This document shows positions 35,724 to 39,303 of a stretch of DNA of 39,303 bases, piece by piece; position 1 is the first letter of the stretch, and every line of letters starts with the position of its first letter. The notes below the pieces were generated by a model. It made no database searches and had not been told where the DNA came from. It worked only from the letters and a program-made list of their open reading frames with translations. The translations under genes were made by a program, and so were the position numbers. The stretch is from the IMG/VR virus record IMGVR_UViG_3300043443_000866, positions 1-39,303 of that record; one strand, written 5' to 3'. Origin of the DNA: a virus (lineage: Duplodnaviria; Caudoviricetes).

Positions 35724-36634
35724 CGGAGGCGAAAGGTCCTATGGTTGAGGCCAACCGTATCTCGAAGATGCTCAACATGGTGCTCGGCCCAGAGCGATTT
35801 CCGGTCAAGGTTGATGAGCTGGCGCAGGAATATTCGAGGCAGTGCTTTGCGGATTCCCCGATCGACAAGGTTCAAGGCGAAGACCTCGACGGATTCGACG
35901 GCCTTCTGAAGGCAAACAAATCACGATCGAAGTGGTTGATCCTCTATAACAGTGCAGTCCGATCCGAGGGGCGCAAGCGTTTCACCATCGCGCACGAGTT
36001 TGGCCACTATCTTCTGCATCGTCATCAGCAGAGCGAATTCCAATGCGGTGACGATGACATTGAGACTGGTGATCGCAACAAGAACAACATTGAAACCGAC
36101 GCAGATCTGTTTGCGTCAACGCTGTTGATGCCACTTGACGATTTCCGAAAACAAGTTGACGGGCAGTCAGTCAGTTTTGATCTCCTGGGCCACTGTGCCG
36201 ATCGGTATGGTGTATCCCTGACTGCAGCTGCATTGCGATGGATTGAGATCGCAGACAAGCGAGCAGTCCTTGTGGCCAGCCGCGACGATCACATGCTTTG
36301 GGCAAAATCGAACGAGTCTGCGTTCAAGTCTGGCGCGTATTTCGCAACACGCAAACGGACAATCCCCGTCCCGCGCACGTCATTGGTTTACAGCGATAAC
36401 TGTTCAGGAGCCGCTCAATCTCAGTCAATACAGGCAAAGGTCTGGTTTCCGCGTGAACCTGCCTATGTTGAACTGACAGAGATGTCGAAGATCGCAGGAA
36501 ATTACGACTACACGCTATCCCTCCTATTGATGCCTGAAGCCGAGTGGCGGCAGCCTCAGCACGACGACGGGGAGTCAGAGGAAGATACCTTTGACCGGTT
36601 CATAAATAACGGCCAATTTCCAGACAGAAAGTAA
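35720..36634 (+). CDS. ImmA/IrrE-family zinc metallopeptidase
   Basis: RKRFTIAHEFGHYLLH (HExxH), ETDADLFASTLLMP, YGVSLTAA; ATGA-coupled to the XRE gene. Confidence 0.93.
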   Translation: MTEAKGPMVEANRISKMLNMVLGPERFPVKVDELAQEYSRQCFADSPIDKVQGEDLDGFDGLLKANKSRSKWLILYNSAVRSEGRKRFTIAHEFGHYLLHRHQQSEFQCGDDDIETGDRNKNNIETDADLFASTLLMPLDDFRKQVDGQSVSFDLLGHCADRYGVSLTAAALRWIEIADKRAVLVASRDDHMLWAKSNESAFKSGAYFATRKRTIPVPRTSLVYSDNCSGAAQSQSIQAKVWFPREPAYVELTEMSKIAGNYDYTLSLLLMPEAEWRQPQHDDGESEEDTFDRFINNGQFPDRK

Positions 36635-36765
36635 TCGGCCCCAGTCCGGCTTTTCGCATTAGCCCGCATCCACCAGCGTTCGTCCGCAACTCCCTCATGG
36701 CGTAGGCCGCAGTCCTTCAGGACAATTTTGCTTCGAGCAAGTTGGACAAAAAGGACCGCTAACCA

Positions 36766-36966
36766 ATGCATGAAACAAACCACACACCACCGGAGCGCAT
36801 GACCCCAGAGCAGCGCCGCCTGGAGATCGCATCCATCCTCGCAAAGGGCTTGGTTCGGCTGCGCCGGTCAAGCCCGGTCAAGCGTCAGATACCTGCCACT
36901 GAGCGCAAAGTTTTACTTGGCTTCTCTGGTGACCAGAGCGTTCATACAGACCTCATCAACAAATGA
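36766..36966 (+). CDS. Small hypothetical protein upstream of DUF2924
   Basis: 66-aa ORF whose stop overlaps the next ATG; contains the bipartite DNA motif, so coding status is uncertain. Confidence 0.5.
   Translation: MHETNHTPPERMTPEQRRLEIASILAKGLVRLRRSSPVKRQIPATERKVLLGFSGDQSVHTDLINK
36916..36946 (+). promoter_or_regulatory. Bipartite motif CTTGGCTTC-N9-CAGAGCGTTCATA, copy 2
   Basis: Matches 21285-21315 in both arms. Confidence 0.65.
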
Positions 36967-37475
36967 ACGAGGTTCACATGAAAACAAGCAAAACGCCCGC
37001 AACCGCACCCCGGACTGCGGTGGCACAGGTGCATGAACTGCCCAACCTGCCATTTCCCGAGATCAAAGCCCTGTGGCGAAAACTGTTTGGCGGTGAAACA
37101 CCCACCCACAACCGGCAGTTTCTGGAGCGCCAGCTTGCCTACAAACTTCAGGAGGTCGAATTCCGCAAGGTTGACCCTGGGCTGCTGGAGCGCAACAACA
37201 AGAAGATCGCCTCGCTGATTGCCACCGGCAAGCTCAGAAAGCGCGACCGGGATTTCCACCCAACGCACGGCACACTGTTTACCCGCGAGTACCACGGCAA
37301 GGTGCACCAGGTGATCGCCACGGCCGACGGCCAGTACGAATTTGAAGGTCGCCCTTACCGAAGCCTCTCGATGATTGCGCGTGAGATCACCGGCAGCCGC
37401 TGGTCCGGGCCGGTCTTTTTTGGACTCAAGGACTACGCCGCCAAAACCTCCGCCAAGAAAGGTGGCTCCAAATGA
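36963..37475 (+). CDS. DUF2924-family protein
   Basis: GTLFTREYHG...YRSLSMIAREITGSRWSGPVFFGL; alternative start at 36978 behind GAGG. Confidence 0.88.
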   Translation: MNEVHMKTSKTPATAPRTAVAQVHELPNLPFPEIKALWRKLFGGETPTHNRQFLERQLAYKLQEVEFRKVDPGLLERNNKKIASLIATGKLRKRDRDFHPTHGTLFTREYHGKVHQVIATADGQYEFEGRPYRSLSMIAREITGSRWSGPVFFGLKDYAAKTSAKKGGSK

Positions 37476-38845
37476 GCGAAGTATTGAAACGCCGCATGCG
37501 CTGCGCGGTTTACACGCGCAAGTCCAGCGAAGAAGGACTGGACCAGGAATACAACTCGATTGATGCCCAGCGCGACGCCGGGCATGCCTACATCGCAAGC
37601 CAGCGCGCCGAGGGCTGGATCGCGGTCGCCGACGACTACGACGACCCAGCTTTCTCCGGCGGCAACATGGAGCGGCCAGCACTTAAACGTTTGATGTCCG
37701 ACATCGAGGCCGGGAAAATTGACGTGATCGTGATCTACAAGATCGACCGGCTGACCCGTAGCTTGGCTGACTTCTCCAAGATGGTCGAAGTCTTTGAGCG
37801 CCAAGGCGTGTCCTTTGTCTCTGTCACCCAGCAATTCAACACCACCACAAGCATGGGGCGCTTGATGCTCAACGTGCTGCTGTCCTTTGCCCAGTTTGAG
37901 CGGGAGGTGACTGGCGAGCGCATCAGGGACAAGATTGCAGCCAGCAAACGCAAGGGGATGTGGATGGGCGGCATTCCGCCGATTGGCTATGACGTTGCCA
38001 ACCGGCGTCTGATTCCCAATGAGGCTGAGGCAAAGACTATCGCGCATATCTTCCAGCGATTTGTGGAGCTGGGCTCGACCACTAAACTGGTCAAAGAATT
38101 ACGGCTTGACGGCGTGACCTCCAAAGCTTGGACTACTCAGGACGGTAAGGTCCGGGAGGGCAAACCGATCGACAAGGGCCTGATTTACAAGGTCCTTAAC
38201 AACCGCACCTACCTTGGTGAGTTGCGTCACAAGGAGCTTTGGTATCAGGCGGAGCACCCGCCTATCATCACGAAGTCCATTTGGGACGATGTCCACGCGA
38301 TACTCAGCACGAATGGACGTGTGCGGGCCACCACGACTAGAGCTAAAACGCAGTACCTGCTCAAAGGCATCGTCTTTGGCAGCGACGGTCGCGCGATGTC
38401 TCCATTTCAAACGGCCAAACAAAACGGTCGCCGCTACCGGTATTACGTGCCCCAGCGCGACATCAAGGAGCACGCTGGTGCTTCGGGCTTGCCACGCATG
38501 CCAGCAGCGGAGTTGGAGTCAGCGGTACTGGAGCAACTGCGCGGCCATTTGCGCTCGCCGGATGTGGTCCGAGATGTCCTGCCGCAGGCCCAGAAATACG
38601 ACCCAACCCTGGATGAAGCGATCGTCACAGTGGCCATGAAGCGGCTCGACGATGTTTGGGACCAGTTGTTCCCTGCCGAGCAGATGCGGATTGTGCGGTT
38701 GCTGGTTCGCCAGGTGAATGTCTCACCCAACAACATGTCGATGGATTTGCATCCCACGGGTATCCAGCGACTGGTGCTTGAGTTGCATCACAAGAAACTG
38801 CAGCCCGAGCCAGCCACGGAAATGGAATCGGAGGTCATGGCATGA
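37472..38845 (+). CDS. Large serine recombinase (integrase)
   Basis: CAVYTRKS, SGGNMERPAL, KIDRLTRS, FAQFERE, YLG motifs. Confidence 0.95.
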   Translation: MSEVLKRRMRCAVYTRKSSEEGLDQEYNSIDAQRDAGHAYIASQRAEGWIAVADDYDDPAFSGGNMERPALKRLMSDIEAGKIDVIVIYKIDRLTRSLADFSKMVEVFERQGVSFVSVTQQFNTTTSMGRLMLNVLLSFAQFEREVTGERIRDKIAASKRKGMWMGGIPPIGYDVANRRLIPNEAEAKTIAHIFQRFVELGSTTKLVKELRLDGVTSKAWTTQDGKVREGKPIDKGLIYKVLNNRTYLGELRHKELWYQAEHPPIITKSIWDDVHAILSTNGRVRATTTRAKTQYLLKGIVFGSDGRAMSPFQTAKQNGRRYRYYVPQRDIKEHAGASGLPRMPAAELESAVLEQLRGHLRSPDVVRDVLPQAQKYDPTLDEAIVTVAMKRLDDVWDQLFPAEQMRIVRLLVRQVNVSPNNMSMDLHPTGIQRLVLELHHKKLQPEPATEMESEVMA

Positions 38846-39303
38846 GCGACATTCAAATCAGATCCACTGGCACTACAGAAGTAATTCAATCCAGCGACGG
38901 ACGGATCACGCTGTCGGTACCGATCCAGATCAAGCGCCGCAGCGGGCGAAAACAAATGACGCTGCCTAACGGGCAATCAGGTCAGCCGGGCAAACTGCTG
39001 CGGCCTTGGGACGTTGCGGCCACACCGCTGCAACTGGCGCTGGCCAGGGGCCACCGCTGGCTGGCCATGCTGGAGTCCGGGAAGGTGAAAAACCTAACGG
39101 AAATAGCTGCCCTGGAGGGAGTCGACAACAGCTACGTAAGCCGGATGGTGAATCTGACCACCCTGGCACCGGACATCGTCGAGGCTATCCTGGAGGATGC
39201 GCTGCCAGATCACCTGACGCTGTTTGATCTTGCTGTGGATCCGCCTGCTTTATGGGATGAGCAGCGAAAGCGTATTTGTGTGGCGGAGGCTGTAAATGGA
39301 TAG
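38842..39303 (+). CDS. Recombinase-associated HTH protein
   Basis: ALARGHRWLAMLESG...EIAALEGVDNSYVSR...LAPDIVEAIL...WDEQ; ATGA-coupled to the recombinase. Confidence 0.8.
   Translation: MSDIQIRSTGTTEVIQSSDGRITLSVPIQIKRRSGRKQMTLPNGQSGQPGKLLRPWDVAATPLQLALARGHRWLAMLESGKVKNLTEIAALEGVDNSYVSRMVNLTTLAPDIVEAILEDALPDHLTLFDLAVDPPALWDEQRKRICVAEAVNG

Larger units (their letters stand above)
123..39303. mobile_element. Temperate HK97-like siphovirus prophage with serine integrase
   Basis: Complete lysis, tail, head, packaging, replication, control and integration modules in order; att sites not identified. Confidence 0.93.

Noticed and set aside
35403-36634. Simple toxin-antitoxin pair
   Set aside because: The larger protein is an HExxH ImmA/IrrE peptidase, and the divergent operator layout fits a repressor/anti-repressor better.
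38842-39303. LacI-family sugar regulator
   Set aside because: Too short, no periplasmic-binding-protein-like domain, and coupled to the recombinase.
1-39303. attL/attR direct repeats, tRNA or rRNA genes
   Set aside because: No matching terminal repeats or RNA gene signatures were found; the window ends at a stop codon, so the true boundaries probably lie outside.

Overview
The window is a near-complete temperate siphovirus-type prophage with HK97-like head genes. It is probably from a betaproteobacterial host, which is an inference from gene content. From left to right it holds a lysis cassette (GH24 endolysin, holin-like protein, DUF6127-like membrane protein), tail fibre and tail tip genes, tape measure, a G/GT chaperone pair, tail tube, head-tail genes, capsid, S49 protease, portal, TerL, P27-type TerS and HNH. 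Next come two antisense genes, a ParB-fused DNA methyltransferase and a DUF6362-like regulator. The replication/recombination operon follows (RuvC-like resolvase, Toprim-AAA primase/helicase, Cas4-like nuclease, SF2 helicase, SSB-like, Sak4-like ATPase, excisionase-like HTH). The right end has a divergent control region and a DUF2924 + large serine recombinase + HTH integration module. No CI/S24 self-cleaving repressor is visible. Instead an XRE repressor and an ImmA/IrrE metallopeptidase face a three-gene operon of unknown function across a perfect palindromic operator. This is the best candidate for an undescribed protease-triggered induction or defence switch. Notable non-coding signals are a ten-copy iteron-like array inside an open reading frame, a 31-bp bipartite motif present twice 15.6 kb apart, a possible terminator/RBS-sequestering RNA switch in the tail operon, 10-bp-phased repeat arrays and a perfect 19-bp inverted repeat at the left edge. 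All product calls come from motif and synteny recognition without database searches. No att sites could be identified.
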